Translations under genes and position numbers: made by a program
The notes under the pieces: generated by a model
Databases searched by the model: none
What the model saw: only the letters and a program-made list of their open reading frames with translations
Told to the model about the DNA's origin: nothing
Origin: Bacillus subtilis subsp. subtilis str. 168
GTDB lineage: Bacteria > Bacillota > Bacilli > Bacillales > Bacillaceae
Direction: 5' to 3'
Length of the DNA: 64,000 nt
Assembly: GCF_000009045.1 (NCBI RefSeq)
Contig: NC_000964.3
Location: 1,860,001-1,924,000 of the forward strand
Shown: positions 1-12,127 of the stretch, piece by piece
Layout: each line of letters opens with the position of its first letter
How positions within the stretch are numbered: the stretch's first letter is position 1

Positions 1-13
1 ATGAAAGTGGCTG

Positions 14-370
14 TCAGCTGTGCTGGATATCAATTGTATATACTGCACGATCTGTTACGACCTTCAATCCTTCGTTTTCTTGGTGAATATGAAGCTCACC
101 TAATAAAGGAATCTCATAGGCATTTTGCGGAAGCGGTACGTTTCCGTCCTCAGTGAATGTTGTTCCTTCGCCTTCTAAAACAAGCTCTTCTTTCGCAACA
201 TAATCATCAGGATGATTCGTACTGCGTATAGCCACTTTTTGAAGGTGGAGAACAATCTGATCCAAGTCTGATATCTCTTCATCATGGGTCAATTCACCTT
301 TTCTAATATCAAGCGTCTGGCCGACTTTTGATTCCAGCCATTGAGAAAGCTGTGTATTCGTGTGTGCCAT
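14..370 (-). CDS. ymzB: General stress protein YmzB (118 aa)
   Basis: ORF 14..418 trimmed to the ATG at 370 (MAHTNTQ), which follows an AAAGGAGG RBS; SigB-like promoter upstream. Confidence 0.8.
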   Translation of the reverse strand: MAHTNTQLSQWLESKVGQTLDIRKGELTHDEEISDLDQIVLHLQKVAIRSTNHPDDYVAKEELVLEGEGTTFTEDGNVPLPQNAYEIPLLGELHIHQENEGLKVVTDRAVYTIDIQHS

Positions 371-401
371 CAATATTCCTCCTTTTGATCTACACGATAC
401 T

Positions 402-427
402 ATTCCCAATTGCTGCATCTTTTACAC
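402..427 (-). promoter_or_regulatory. SigB-type promoter
   Basis: Minus strand reads GTGTAA-N14-GGGAAT, close to the SigB consensus GTTTAA-N12-14-GGGWAW. Confidence 0.6.
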
Positions 428-448
428 GGGAAAGAGCCGCCCCACTCT

Positions 449-1273
449 TTATGTATGAAACAGTTCGCTGTTGAGTGCCTTGATATAGCGTACGGCAGAA
501 CGCTGGACCGATTCGTCGGCATTTTCTTTGACAACTTTAGAGAAAGCATTGTAAAGCCGGTTGAATTGAAGCGGTTTTACTTTGGCTGCTATTTCTTCAA
601 CTTTGGAGGCGGGAAGGGGAATGAGATTTGGGTAGCTGTACATAAAGCTGACCCAGTTTCGATCCGCCGCAACCGTAATGATATCTCCGGTCAATAGACA
701 GCCTTTCCCTTCATTGCCCTTGCTCCAATGCAAAACAGCACCGCCTTTAAAATGTCCGCCCAGTCGGTAAAGGTCCAGTCCCGGCTTCATATTGAGCGTT
801 TCCCCTGACCAGAAGTGAATGTGATTGCTTGGCCTTGTCACCCATTCTTTATCATCCTCATGGATATAGATCGGCGCCTGAAACGCTTCAGCCCACTCAA
901 CCTGAGTAGAGTAATAATGTGGATGAGACAAGGCGATGGCTTGAATACCGCCTAATTCGTTGATTTGGTCAATTGTCTTTTGGTCAAGATATGTCATGCA
1001 ATCCCACAGCACATTGAAGCCCTTATGCTGAATAAGATGGGCTGTTTGTCCAATCGCAAACTCTGGTTCAGTTTTGATGCTGTAAAGATGCTCTTCTTCC
1101 TTTTTAAGGATGTTTTGAAGGTTTCCTTTCTCACGCATGTCTTCAAGGGTTGTCCAAGTTTGTCCATCGGGATGAATATACTGTCTTTCATCCTCGCAAA
1201 TCAGACACGAGTTGGGCGGATCTACAGTCTGTGCATGTTGCACACCGCATGTATTGCAGATATAATATGGCAC
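449..1273 (-). CDS. ymaE: Metallo-beta-lactamase-fold hydrolase with N-terminal Cys cluster
   Basis: CxxC/CxxC N-terminus; SHPHYY, GGHF and TGD motifs; probable GTG start at 1273 after GAAGGAAG. Confidence 0.8.
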   Translation of the reverse strand: MPYYICNTCGVQHAQTVDPPNSCLICEDERQYIHPDGQTWTTLEDMREKGNLQNILKKEEEHLYSIKTEPEFAIGQTAHLIQHKGFNVLWDCMTYLDQKTIDQINELGGIQAIALSHPHYYSTQVEWAEAFQAPIYIHEDDKEWVTRPSNHIHFWSGETLNMKPGLDLYRLGGHFKGGAVLHWSKGNEGKGCLLTGDIITVAADRNWVSFMYSYPNLIPLPASKVEEIAAKVKPLQFNRLYNAFSKVVKENADESVQRSAVRYIKALNSELFHT

Positions 1274-1383
1274 TTTCTTCACTTCCTTCATCTATTTTCC
1301 ATTATTTTACCTTATGATTATGAATATTCAAACGAAAAAACCGGCAGTTCTGCTGAGAGAGAATTGCCGGCTTTTGATGATGT

Positions 1384-2712
1384 TTATTGGCCGGGAACGG
1401 AATTTTCTGCGTTGACAGCGCCCGCTCCGTAGATATTCGGATCTTCATCTTTCCATTTGTCCGTGCCGTTTTTCAAAAGCTCTTTTACTTCATCAGGGGT
1501 AAGATCCGGGTTTTGCTGAAGAATTAAAGCTGCGATTCCTGCGCAAATCGGTGTTGCCATCGAGGTTCCTGACATTGTAAAGTACTGAGACCCTACACGG
1601 CTTGACTTTTGGAGCTTATCAATATAAGAATTCGGAGAGCGAAGGGAAATAATATTAACACCCGGCGCTAAAATATCGGGCTTTTCTTTCCCGTATACTG
1701 TCGGGCCGCGGCTTGAGAAGGAAGCGACAGTATCATCATCGCTGCTTGCAGTATTGTTATCGTCAAGCGCACCTACTGTAATCACCTTTTCGCTCACGCC
1801 CGGGCTTGCAATGGTCTGCGAATCAGGGCCTGAGTTTCCGGCAGCGACACAGACGACAATCCCTGCGCTCCACGCTTCCTCAACCGCTCTGACTAACGGA
1901 TCTTCCTGTTCATGATCATATCTAAGGGCATCGCCCCCGAGCGACATGCTCATAATATCAATCGGTTCATCGGGGTTGTCCTCATTGTATTGAATACACC
2001 ACTCAACACCCTCTATAATATCTGCTAACGTTCCTGAACCCTGCTTGTTTAATACCTTTACGCCGATGAGATTGGCTTCCGGTGCAGGTCCGCGGTATTG
2101 ACCGGAAGAGGATGCACCGCTGCTTGCGACATCACCTGCACAGTGTGTGCCATGACCATTATCATCGTACGGCTCTGTTTTTTGATTGACCATGTCCGCG
2201 AATCCGATAATTCTTCCTTCTAGATCAGGATGCGGGTAGATTCCTGTATCGACAACAGCGACAGTAACACCTTTTCCTGTCAGGGTTTGCCCGTTTCTGA
2301 CGACTTCCTTCGCATGGCTTGCTTCGGTTGCCGTGTCTAAAAGCGCTTTGACTTCGCGGTTTAAATACACTTTACGGATATTGCTGCATTCAGAGAGAAG
2401 GGAATGTAATGCTGAAGGAGTAACCTCGGCGCTGCAGCAGTTGATTTTGTTGAAGCGGCTTTTTAGCTTGCTGCGTTTTTCTTTTTGCAGCACCTCTCCA
2501 GCCATTTGAAAGCCGGTCTCGTGACAGCCTTCCTCAAATTCGATAATGACTGACATTTTTTTTCTGTTTTGCAATTTGGTTTCGAAAAATTTATGCAAGA
2601 AGCAAGGAGTCCATTTGAAGGGCTTGTAAAGTTGCAATACGGTTTCCCGTAACGGCCAATCTAGCTTGTGAGCATTTGCTCTCACCATTTGTACCATAGA
2701 GTACCCAAACAT
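1384..2712 (-). CDS. aprX: Intracellular subtilisin-family (S8) serine protease AprX
   Basis: Catalytic motifs VVDTG, NGHGTHCAG and SGTSMATP. Confidence 0.97.
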   Translation of the reverse strand: MFGYSMVQMVRANAHKLDWPLRETVLQLYKPFKWTPCFLHKFFETKLQNRKKMSVIIEFEEGCHETGFQMAGEVLQKEKRSKLKSRFNKINCCSAEVTPSALHSLLSECSNIRKVYLNREVKALLDTATEASHAKEVVRNGQTLTGKGVTVAVVDTGIYPHPDLEGRIIGFADMVNQKTEPYDDNGHGTHCAGDVASSGASSSGQYRGPAPEANLIGVKVLNKQGSGTLADIIEGVEWCIQYNEDNPDEPIDIMSMSLGGDALRYDHEQEDPLVRAVEEAWSAGIVVCVAAGNSGPDSQTIASPGVSEKVITVGALDDNNTASSDDDTVASFSSRGPTVYGKEKPDILAPGVNIISLRSPNSYIDKLQKSSRVGSQYFTMSGTSMATPICAGIAALILQQNPDLTPDEVKELLKNGTDKWKDEDPNIYGAGAVNAENSVPGQ

Positions 2713-2870
2713 GTATTTTCCTCCTATTATAAGGTTCTCTGTATACTCTATGAACAGATGATAGGTTTGGTAAGTTTGTTTGTCCTCTGTAAGAGACAGA
2801 CAAGAGTTTGTTTTTCTGAATCTTTCGCATTAGATACGATAGATTCAGAAGCTGAGGAAATCATTGGGGA

Positions 2871-2900
2871 TTGAAAAAGAACGTTTGTTCGTATTATAAT
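2871..2900 (+). promoter_or_regulatory. SigA promoter with a LexA (SOS) box between -35 and -10
   Basis: TTGAAA (2871-2876), AGAACGTTTGTTCG (2878-2891), TATAAT (2895-2900). Confidence 0.8.
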
Positions 2901-2936
2901 GTGATCATATCAAACTGGGAAGGGGAGAGCAACCGT

Positions 2937-3168
2937 ATGAATTTCTACTTGCACCGATCTTTGGAAAGCCAAATGCCAATCAGCATTATATATGAAGAAA
3001 GACGGAACGATTAGTAAAAGAACGATTATTGTGAGACAGAAAAGCAAAACGAAAATCAAAGCATTTTGTTTTTCGAAACAACAGATCAGAACATTTTTAT
3101 TGGACTCTATCCTCTCCTGTGATTTTGTGAGAACAAATAAGCAAAATCTCTATTCTGCAGGCCGGTAA
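2937..3168 (+). pseudogene. Frameshifted small WYL-like protein (about 77 aa if repaired)
   Basis: RBS plus ATG 2937 stops at 3014. The +1 frame continues MKKDGTISKRTIIV...IKAFCFSKQQIRTFLLDSILS to TAA 3168. The break lies in an AT dinucleotide run. Confidence 0.75.
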
Positions 3169-3447
3169 CAGCTGTCCGTCTCAGCAACCGGGCAGCCTGT
3201 TACTAAAACCCTCCTTAAACCTATATACATTTATTTGCCAAGTGAGGTTGTTCCTACCTTTTTTGTCTTTCCTCTCAACCTTTTTTCACTCTTATTTGAA
3301 ATGAACCGCTAATAACCGTGACAATCAATTGATTTTTTGAAACCGGGAACTTTTTCACTGATGATATTGTGTATACAATGGTAAGATAAAACCTATTGGC
3401 TAAACCTCATATAATGAACCGCGCCATTCTTATGAAAGGAGTTAAAC

Positions 3448-4155
3448 ATGAGAAGATTTTTACTAAATGTCATATTAGTCTTAGCCATTGTCTTGTTCTT
3501 GAGATATGTTCATTACTCATTGGAACCAGAACCATCAAATCAGCCAGATACATATTCAAATTTCAGCAGCTTGGCAGAGAATGAGAGCCCAGCCGATTAC
3601 GATATTTCATATAATGAGAAAAAAGGAAGCAAAGTCTTAATTATGTCTCCGCATGGCGGAAGAATTGAAGGCGGAGTAAGTGAGCTTGTGCGTTATTTCA
3701 ATAATGAATACTCTACATACCTATTTGAAGGGTTGAAGTCCCATGATAACCAAACACTGCACATTACAAGCACCAACTTTGATGAGCCATTGGCAAAAAA
3801 GAAAATCAAGGAGCATCAATATGTGGTGGCTTTTCACGGATATAAAGGAGAGAACAAGAATACCCTTGTAGGGGGAACAGACCGAAAGCGGGCGAAAATG
3901 ATTGTGAGAGCCCTTGAGCGGAGAGGGTTTTCCGCTGAGTTAGCGTCGTCTAAAAGCGGTCTTGCTGGATTGAATGCCGAAAACATTAATAACCAAGGGG
4001 AAACGGGGCTAAGTATCCAGCTGGAAATCAGCCGTGAGCAGAGAGAAGCATTTTTTGATGATTTTTATTATAAAAATAGAAAATACACAAAGAACAGTGA
4101 ATTTTATGCTTATGTCAGTGCGATCAAAGGTGTCCTGGAAAAAGAGTATTCGTAA
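3448..4155 (+). CDS. ymaC: Phage-related poly-gamma-glutamate hydrolase (PghP-like)
   Basis: N-terminal membrane anchor; PHGGRIEGG, LHITSTNFDEP and FHG motifs; paralog of the 55221 gene. Confidence 0.88.
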   Translation: MRRFLLNVILVLAIVLFLRYVHYSLEPEPSNQPDTYSNFSSLAENESPADYDISYNEKKGSKVLIMSPHGGRIEGGVSELVRYFNNEYSTYLFEGLKSHDNQTLHITSTNFDEPLAKKKIKEHQYVVAFHGYKGENKNTLVGGTDRKRAKMIVRALERRGFSAELASSKSGLAGLNAENINNQGETGLSIQLEISREQREAFFDDFYYKNRKYTKNSEFYAYVSAIKGVLEKEYS

Positions 4156-4224
4156 CAAGCAGATCAGAAGACAAAATAAGAGAAGATCAGTAGACTGAAA
4201 TAGGATAAAAAAGGAGGCAAAACA

Positions 4225-4677
4225 ATGGCAGATCATCATTTTTATTTAAAAGCGAACTGGCCGGGTAACCGTAATGATGTCGGTACGATCGAAAGCGGAA
4301 ACCTGATCACATCGATTTCCATTCCTAAAGAAATGGATGGCCCGGGAGAAGGGACCAACCCAGATGAAATGCTTCTCGGGGCGGCAGCGACCTGTTACAT
4401 TATTACACTTGCAGCGATGATGGAGAGAAGCGGGCTGGAAAAAGAAGACTTACAGATGGAGTCAGAAGGCATTGTCAACGTTACAAAAGGAGTCTTTACA
4501 TACAAAAAGATCATTCACCGTCCCTCTGTCGTGCTTAAACATGATGCTTCACAAGACGACGTCGCATTGGCGCACAAACTTTGTAAAAAAGCGGAGTCGT
4601 CATGCATGATTTCGCGTGCAATTCAAGGAAATGTCGAGCTGCAGCTTGAAGCCTCTGTGAAACTGGGTGGAGAATAA
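4225..4677 (+). CDS. ymaD: OsmC/Ohr-family peroxiredoxin-like protein
   Basis: GTNPDEMLLGAAATC motif and second Cys in SCMIS. Confidence 0.88.
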   Translation: MADHHFYLKANWPGNRNDVGTIESGNLITSISIPKEMDGPGEGTNPDEMLLGAAATCYIITLAAMMERSGLEKEDLQMESEGIVNVTKGVFTYKKIIHRPSVVLKHDASQDDVALAHKLCKKAESSCMISRAIQGNVELQLEASVKLGGE

Positions 4678-4680
4678 AGA

Positions 4681-4712
4681 AAACAGACGGTCACTCACAG
4701 GCCGTCTGTTTT
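4681..4712. terminator. Bidirectional intrinsic terminator
   Basis: AAACAGACGG...CCGTCTGTTTT inverted repeat between convergent genes. Confidence 0.75.
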
Positions 4713-5044
4713 TTATCTTCAGCGTGGGCTTTCGATTGATTTAGCACGACCACGCCTGCAATGACAAGCGTGAGACCGAATACACCTTTTAAACTGATGG
4801 TTTCGCCAAAAAGCAAAAACCCGACAATTGCTGTAAGCGCGGTACCAACGCCCGACCATGTTGCATACGCGCTTGATAAGTCAATTGTTTTTAAAGAAAA
4901 GCTTAGAAACGTAAAAGCAGAAAGAAATCCGACTATGACTCCGGCAATGGGCCAGGCTTGTGTAAATCCTTCTGAAAGCTTCAACATCGTGCTCCCAAAC
5001 ACTTCAGATACAATGGCGAGAGCCAAATAAAGCAATCCTCTCAT
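4691..5044 (-). CDS. ebrB: SMR multidrug efflux subunit EbrB (117 aa)
   Basis: Four TM helices and conserved Glu (VSEVFG); ATG 5044 after AAGGAG. Confidence 0.93.
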   Translation of the reverse strand: MRGLLYLALAIVSEVFGSTMLKLSEGFTQAWPIAGVIVGFLSAFTFLSFSLKTIDLSSAYATWSGVGTALTAIVGFLLFGETISLKGVFGLTLVIAGVVVLNQSKAHAEDKKQTACE

Positions 5045-5057
5045 CTTCATCACTCCT

Positions 5058-5375
5058 TTACGGCCAATTAAGTAACACGACCCCTGATAGTAATAAAAGA
5101 ATCCCGATAAGCCCTTTGGCATTCAGATCTTCCTTGAACCATTTTACTCCGATCACTGTCGTCAGCACCGTGCCTGCCCCGCTCCAAGTCGCATAGGAGA
5201 GGCTCAGGGGAATATGGTTTAAAGTCAGGGACAGCATATAAAAGGCGAGGGAATAGCCAATAACGACCAAAGCACTTGGCTTCCACTTTTTGAAGCCATC
5301 AGATACTTTCAGCATGGCTGCTCCTATCGATTCCGAACATATGGCAATCGTGAGGAATATATATCCTATCAACAT
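5058..5375 (-). CDS. ebrA: SMR multidrug efflux subunit EbrA
   Basis: SMR motif CSESIG and YATWSG; paired with ebrB. Confidence 0.93.
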   Translation of the reverse strand: MLIGYIFLTIAICSESIGAAMLKVSDGFKKWKPSALVVIGYSLAFYMLSLTLNHIPLSLSYATWSGAGTVLTTVIGVKWFKEDLNAKGLIGILLLLSGVVLLNWP

Positions 5376-5511
5376 CATGAATTCTCCTCACTATATTTTT
5401 AGATTAGAAAAAAAACTTCAGCTAGAAAAATATTAGTGTATGCCTATGTATGAGTCAAGAGATTCATTTTCACACACTTAAAAAGACCCCTTTTTAAGGG
5501 GTCTTTTGCGT

Positions 5512-5787
5512 TTAATAATAAAAAGGGAACGGGGCATACGGATAATAGGGGTATCCGCCATACAAATAAGGATTAAATAAAGCGCTTCCTATAAGCCCGC
5601 CTGCAAGGCCGCCGATAAACGGTCCTCCAAAAAATCCGAATGGCCGGCCAAACCCATAACCAAATCCGGGTCTTCCAAACCCGTAACCGAACCCGAACGG
5701 TCTTCCAAACCCAAATGGTCTCCCGAATCCGAACGGCCTTCCAAATATTCTTGTATCTTCAGGGCTGAAATGCTCTAACTCGTTCAT
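5512..5787 (-). CDS. ymaG: Gly/Phe/Pro/Tyr-rich spore coat protein YmaG (91 aa)
   Basis: ATG 5787 after AGGAGG; FGRPFG repeats and a Tyr/Pro-rich tail. Confidence 0.85.
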   Translation of the reverse strand: MNELEHFSPEDTRIFGRPFGFGRPFGFGRPFGFGYGFGRPGFGYGFGRPFGFFGGPFIGGLAGGLIGSALFNPYLYGGYPYYPYAPFPFYY

Positions 5788-5875
5788 GTTTTCTTTCCTC
5801 CTGTAATAAAGTGTAGATGATGCAGTGTATTCACCCTGCCCGGATTTGATTGGGCGAATCGAGGAAAAGGAGGAT

Positions 5876-6289
5876 GTGAACACATTGGGCCTGTATCAGT
5901 CTGACTGGTCAAAAGCACCGCCCCACGCACATGCTTATCATGTCAAAACAACGAGAGAACAGGGCCATTATCATCTCATCGAAGGGTTTACTCAGCCGGC
6001 AAACGGATCAAATACCGATCAGCATACACATTACTATACAGGGATCACTTCATTTGAAAACGGCCATTTTCATCGGTATTACGGAATCTCAGGACCGGCG
6101 ATTCCCTTAGCAGATGGCACACATTATCATGAAATCGAAGAAACGACGTATCTGGCCTATAACGAGCCGATTGAGATCCAGTACGGAGGGGTTGTGTACG
6201 ATCCCGGAGATGACAGAAGAAAAACGCATCGTCATACCCTGAAAGGAAAGACAAGGGAAATTGTCGGCAATGAGCCGCTCGGCTGGTAG
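5876..6289 (+). CDS. ymaF: His-rich YmaF family protein (137 aa)
   Basis: GTG start after AAGGAGG; six HxH motifs. Confidence 0.82.
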   Translation: MNTLGLYQSDWSKAPPHAHAYHVKTTREQGHYHLIEGFTQPANGSNTDQHTHYYTGITSFENGHFHRYYGISGPAIPLADGTHYHEIEETTYLAYNEPIEIQYGGVVYDPGDDRRKTHRHTLKGKTREIVGNEPLGW

Positions 6290-6388
6290 AAGGATGTTTA
6301 CCGATGCAAAAAAAGGGCAAAATGGATAGGTGGTTGTCCATGTTGAATGCTATAATGGGGGGAGATTTATAAAAGAGAGTGATACATA

Positions 6389-7333
6389 TTGAATAATACG
6401 AAGCAGCCCGTTGTCATTTTAGTCGGACCGACGGCAGTGGGGAAAACCAATTTAAGTATTCAGCTAGCCAAATCCTTAAACGCGGAAATTATCAGCGGAG
6501 ATTCGATGCAGATTTATAAAGGGATGGATATTGGAACAGCTAAAATTACCGAACAGGAGATGGAGGGAGTGCCCCATCATCTGATTGACATTTTAGATCC
6601 CCAAGACTCTTTCTCTACTGCCGATTATCAAAGCTTAGTAAGAAATAAAATCAGCGAGATTGCAAATAGAGGAAAGCTTCCGATGATTGTCGGCGGTACA
6701 GGGCTTTATATACAATCTGTGCTTTACGATTATACATTTACGGAAGAGGCAAATGATCCCGTGTTTCGAGAGAGCATGCAAATGGCTGCTGAGCGGGAAG
6801 GCGCTGACTTTCTTCATGCCAAACTTGCTGCAGCAGATCCCGAGGCAGCAGCTGCGATTCATCCGAATAATACAAGAAGAGTCATTCGCGCACTGGAAAT
6901 TTTACATACGTCCGGAAAAACGATGTCCCAGCATTTGAAGGAACAAAAACGAGAACTTCTGTACAATGCAGTGTTAATTGGCCTGACAATGGATAGAGAC
7001 ACGCTTTACGAAAGAATTAATCAGCGGGTCGATTTGATGATGCAGTCAGGCCTTCTTCCGGAAGTGAAACGCTTATACGACAAGAACGTGAGAGACTGTC
7101 AATCAATACAGGCGATAGGCTATAAAGAGCTGTATGCATATTTTGACGGTTTTGTGACACTTTCCGATGCTGTCGAACAGCTAAAGCAGAACTCGAGGCG
7201 GTATGCGAAACGCCAGCTGACGTGGTTTCGCAACAAAATGCAGGTCACATGGTTCGATATGACACCGCCTGTTGATATGGAGCTGAAAAAAAAGGAAATT
7301 TTCACACATATAGCAGGAAAACTCGAACTTTAA
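6389..7333 (+). CDS. miaA: tRNA dimethylallyltransferase
   Basis: GPTAVGKT P-loop, DSMQIY, VGGTGLY and YAKRQLTW. Confidence 0.98.
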   Translation: MNNTKQPVVILVGPTAVGKTNLSIQLAKSLNAEIISGDSMQIYKGMDIGTAKITEQEMEGVPHHLIDILDPQDSFSTADYQSLVRNKISEIANRGKLPMIVGGTGLYIQSVLYDYTFTEEANDPVFRESMQMAAEREGADFLHAKLAAADPEAAAAIHPNNTRRVIRALEILHTSGKTMSQHLKEQKRELLYNAVLIGLTMDRDTLYERINQRVDLMMQSGLLPEVKRLYDKNVRDCQSIQAIGYKELYAYFDGFVTLSDAVEQLKQNSRRYAKRQLTWFRNKMQVTWFDMTPPVDMELKKKEIFTHIAGKLEL

Positions 7334-7372
7334 TCGAAACTGTATGATATAGAGAATCAAGGAGGACGAAAC

Positions 7373-7594
7373 ATGAAACCGATTAATATTCAGGATCAGT
7401 TTTTGAATCAAATCCGGAAAGAAAATACGTATGTCACTGTTTTTTTGCTGAACGGCTTTCAGTTGCGGGGCCAGGTGAAAGGCTTTGATAACTTTACCGT
7501 ATTGTTGGAATCGGAAGGTAAGCAGCAGCTTATATATAAACATGCGATCTCAACGTTTGCGCCGCAAAAAAACGTCCAGCTTGAACTCGAATAG
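7373..7594 (+). CDS. hfq: RNA chaperone Hfq
   Basis: Sm1 motif and YKHAIST. Confidence 0.98.
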   Translation: MKPINIQDQFLNQIRKENTYVTVFLLNGFQLRGQVKGFDNFTVLLESEGKQQLIYKHAISTFAPQKNVQLELE

Positions 7595-7789
7595 ATCAAA
7601 AAATGCCATGTCAAGACATGAGGAAAGGCTGTCGGGGGTTCCCGGCGGCCATTTTTAACATGAATCCACTTTTGCTCCAAGCTTTTTGTGTAAGCTGACC
7701 ATGCCAAGGCACGGTCTTTTTTTATGAGAACAACATACGGAAGTAAAAATGGTATATTATGTATAAAATGAATTTGGGAGTGATCGATC

Positions 7790-8062
7790 TTGTTTGAAAG
7801 TGAAGCAGAACTGAGACGAATCAGGATTGCACTTGTATGGATAGCTGTCTTTTTACTGTTCGGGGCGTGCGGGAATCAAGATACCATTATTGAAACAGAC
7901 AACGGCAATTCAGACTATGAAACGCCTCAGCCCACCTCGTTTCCACTTGAACATAACCATTTTGGCGTTATGGAGGACGGCTATATCAAAATTTATGAGT
8001 ATAATGAGTCCCGCAATGAGGTAAAGCTGAAGAAAGAATACGCGGATGATGAGCTTGAATAA
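7790..8062 (+). CDS. ymzC: Putative lipoprotein YmzC
   Basis: Hydrophobic signal ending in a lipobox-like FGAC; GGGAG RBS. Confidence 0.78.
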   Translation: MFESEAELRRIRIALVWIAVFLLFGACGNQDTIIETDNGNSDYETPQPTSFPLEHNHFGVMEDGYIKIYEYNESRNEVKLKKEYADDELE

Positions 8063-8143
8063 AATTCACAAGCATTCGAATTTACAAAGCGGATGCCAGC
8101 CGCTAAACTAAATACAGACACAGATCAAACAGAGGGTGAAAAC

Positions 8144-8374
8144 ATGAAGCATAAAGTGATCGTGAATCATTGGGAAGAAATTTGCGAAGATGATTCTTGC
8201 TATGAATACGGAACAAGTATCATTGTGAACGGAAAAGAATTAATCAGAGAAGCGTCAATTATCACTGCTTTGAAGGCGGTTTTAGAAGAGATCGGCGCGG
8301 ATGTTGAAATAGAAGAAACAGTAGAGAGCGAAAAATGCTGTGATAGCTTAAGAAAAAAAAATCTAGACTACTAA
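8144..8374 (+). CDS. ymzA: Small acidic hypothetical protein YmzA (76 aa)
   Basis: ATG 8144 after GAGGGTG. Confidence 0.75.
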   Translation: MKHKVIVNHWEEICEDDSCYEYGTSIIVNGKELIREASIITALKAVLEEIGADVEIEETVESEKCCDSLRKKNLDY

Positions 8375-8524
8375 GCAGTTTTTTTTCATGTTATGATATA
8401 CATCGGCTAAAAACGACACCCCGAGTAGGACGAGAGATGATTCTCGTTCTGCTCTCTTTTTTGGGCCCTAATGAGTCTGCCCGTTTGCCTGATTTGATCA
8501 AAATATGAATTTTTCATAAAAACG

Positions 8525-8573
8525 AATCTATATATTGTGTTTTTGCTAGAGGGTAGTATACTATATATAGTGT
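8525..8573. promoter_or_regulatory. Tandem NrdR boxes
   Basis: AATCTATATATTGTGT (8525-8540) and ATACTATATATAGTGT (8558-8573) upstream of nrdI match acaCwAtATaTwGtgt. Confidence 0.75.
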
Positions 8574-8613
8574 TAGTGATGAGAGATTCATATTTTTTGA
8601 TAGGTCGTGATAA

Positions 8614-11071
<2,458 letters not shown>

Positions 11072-11088
11072 TTAAAGGAGAGTTTATA

Positions 11089-12078
11089 GTGACAAAAATT
11101 TATGACGCAGCAAACTGGTCAAAGCATGAAGACGATTTTACCCAAATGTTCTATAACCAAAACGTGAAACAGTTCTGGCTTCCGGAAGAGATTGCTTTAA
11201 ACGGCGATCTCCTCACATGGAAGTACCTCGGAAAAAATGAGCAGGACACTTATATGAAGGTACTGGCCGGACTTACGCTTCTTGACACAGAGCAGGGGAA
11301 TACGGGGATGCCGATCGTGGCTGAACACGTAGATGGCCACCAGCGGAAAGCGGTGCTGAACTTTATGGCGATGATGGAGAACGCTGTCCATGCGAAGTCG
11401 TACTCTAATATTTTCATGACCCTTGCACCGACTGAAACGATCAATGAAGTATTTGAATGGGTTAAACAAAATAAATATTTGCAGAAAAAAGCGCAAATGA
11501 TTGTCGGGCTTTACAAAGCCATTCAAAAAGATGATGAAATTTCACTGTTCAAAGCCATGGTTGCTTCCGTCTATCTGGAAAGCTTCCTTTTCTACAGCGG
11601 TTTCTATTATCCGTTATATTTCTACGGACAAGGAAAACTGATGCAAAGCGGTGAGATCATTAACCTGATCCTTCGTGACGAAGCGATTCACGGCGTGTAT
11701 GTCGGTCTCCTTGCTCAGGAAATTTATAATAAACAGACAGAAGAGAAAAAAGCAGAGCTTCGTGAATTTGCGATCGACCTCCTGAATCAGTTATATGAAA
11801 ATGAGCTTGAGTATACAGAGGACTTGTACGATCAAGTCGGGCTCTCACATGATGTAAAGAAATTCATCCGCTATAATGCGAATAAAGCGCTGATGAACCT
11901 TGGATTTGATCCATACTTCGAAGAGGAAGACATTAATCCGATCGTTTTAAACGGATTAAACACAAAAACAAAATCGCATGACTTCTTCTCTATGAAGGGG
12001 AATGGCTATAAAAAAGCGACAGTTGAGCCGCTCAAAGATGATGACTTTTATTTTGAAGATGAAAAAGAGCAGATATAA
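11089..12078 (+). CDS. nrdF: Ribonucleotide reductase class Ib beta subunit
   Basis: [15 protein letters not shown] and DEAIH dimetal ligands; GTG start after AAGGAG. Confidence 0.98.
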   Translation: MTKIYDAANWSKHEDDFTQMFYNQNVKQFWLPEEIALNGDLLTWKYLGKNEQDTYMKVLAGLTLLDTEQGNTGMPIVAEHVDGHQRKAVLNFMAMMENAVHAKSYSNIFMTLAPTETINEVFEWVKQNKYLQKKAQMIVGLYKAIQKDDEISLFKAMVASVYLESFLFYSGFYYPLYFYGQGKLMQSGEIINLILRDEAIHGVYVGLLAQEIYNKQTEEKKAELREFAIDLLNQLYENELEYTEDLYDQVGLSHDVKKFIRYNANKALMNLGFDPYFEEEDINPIVLNGLNTKTKSHDFFSMKGNGYKKATVEPLKDDDFYFEDEKEQI

Positions 12079-12127
12079 TATCTGCTCTTTTCGGCTTGAA
12101 GGTTCAAATGAGGAGGACGCAGTACCC

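Noticed and set aside
5600-5750. Repeated CCAAACCC/CCGAA units
   Set aside because: Explained by the FGRPFG coding repeats of ymaG
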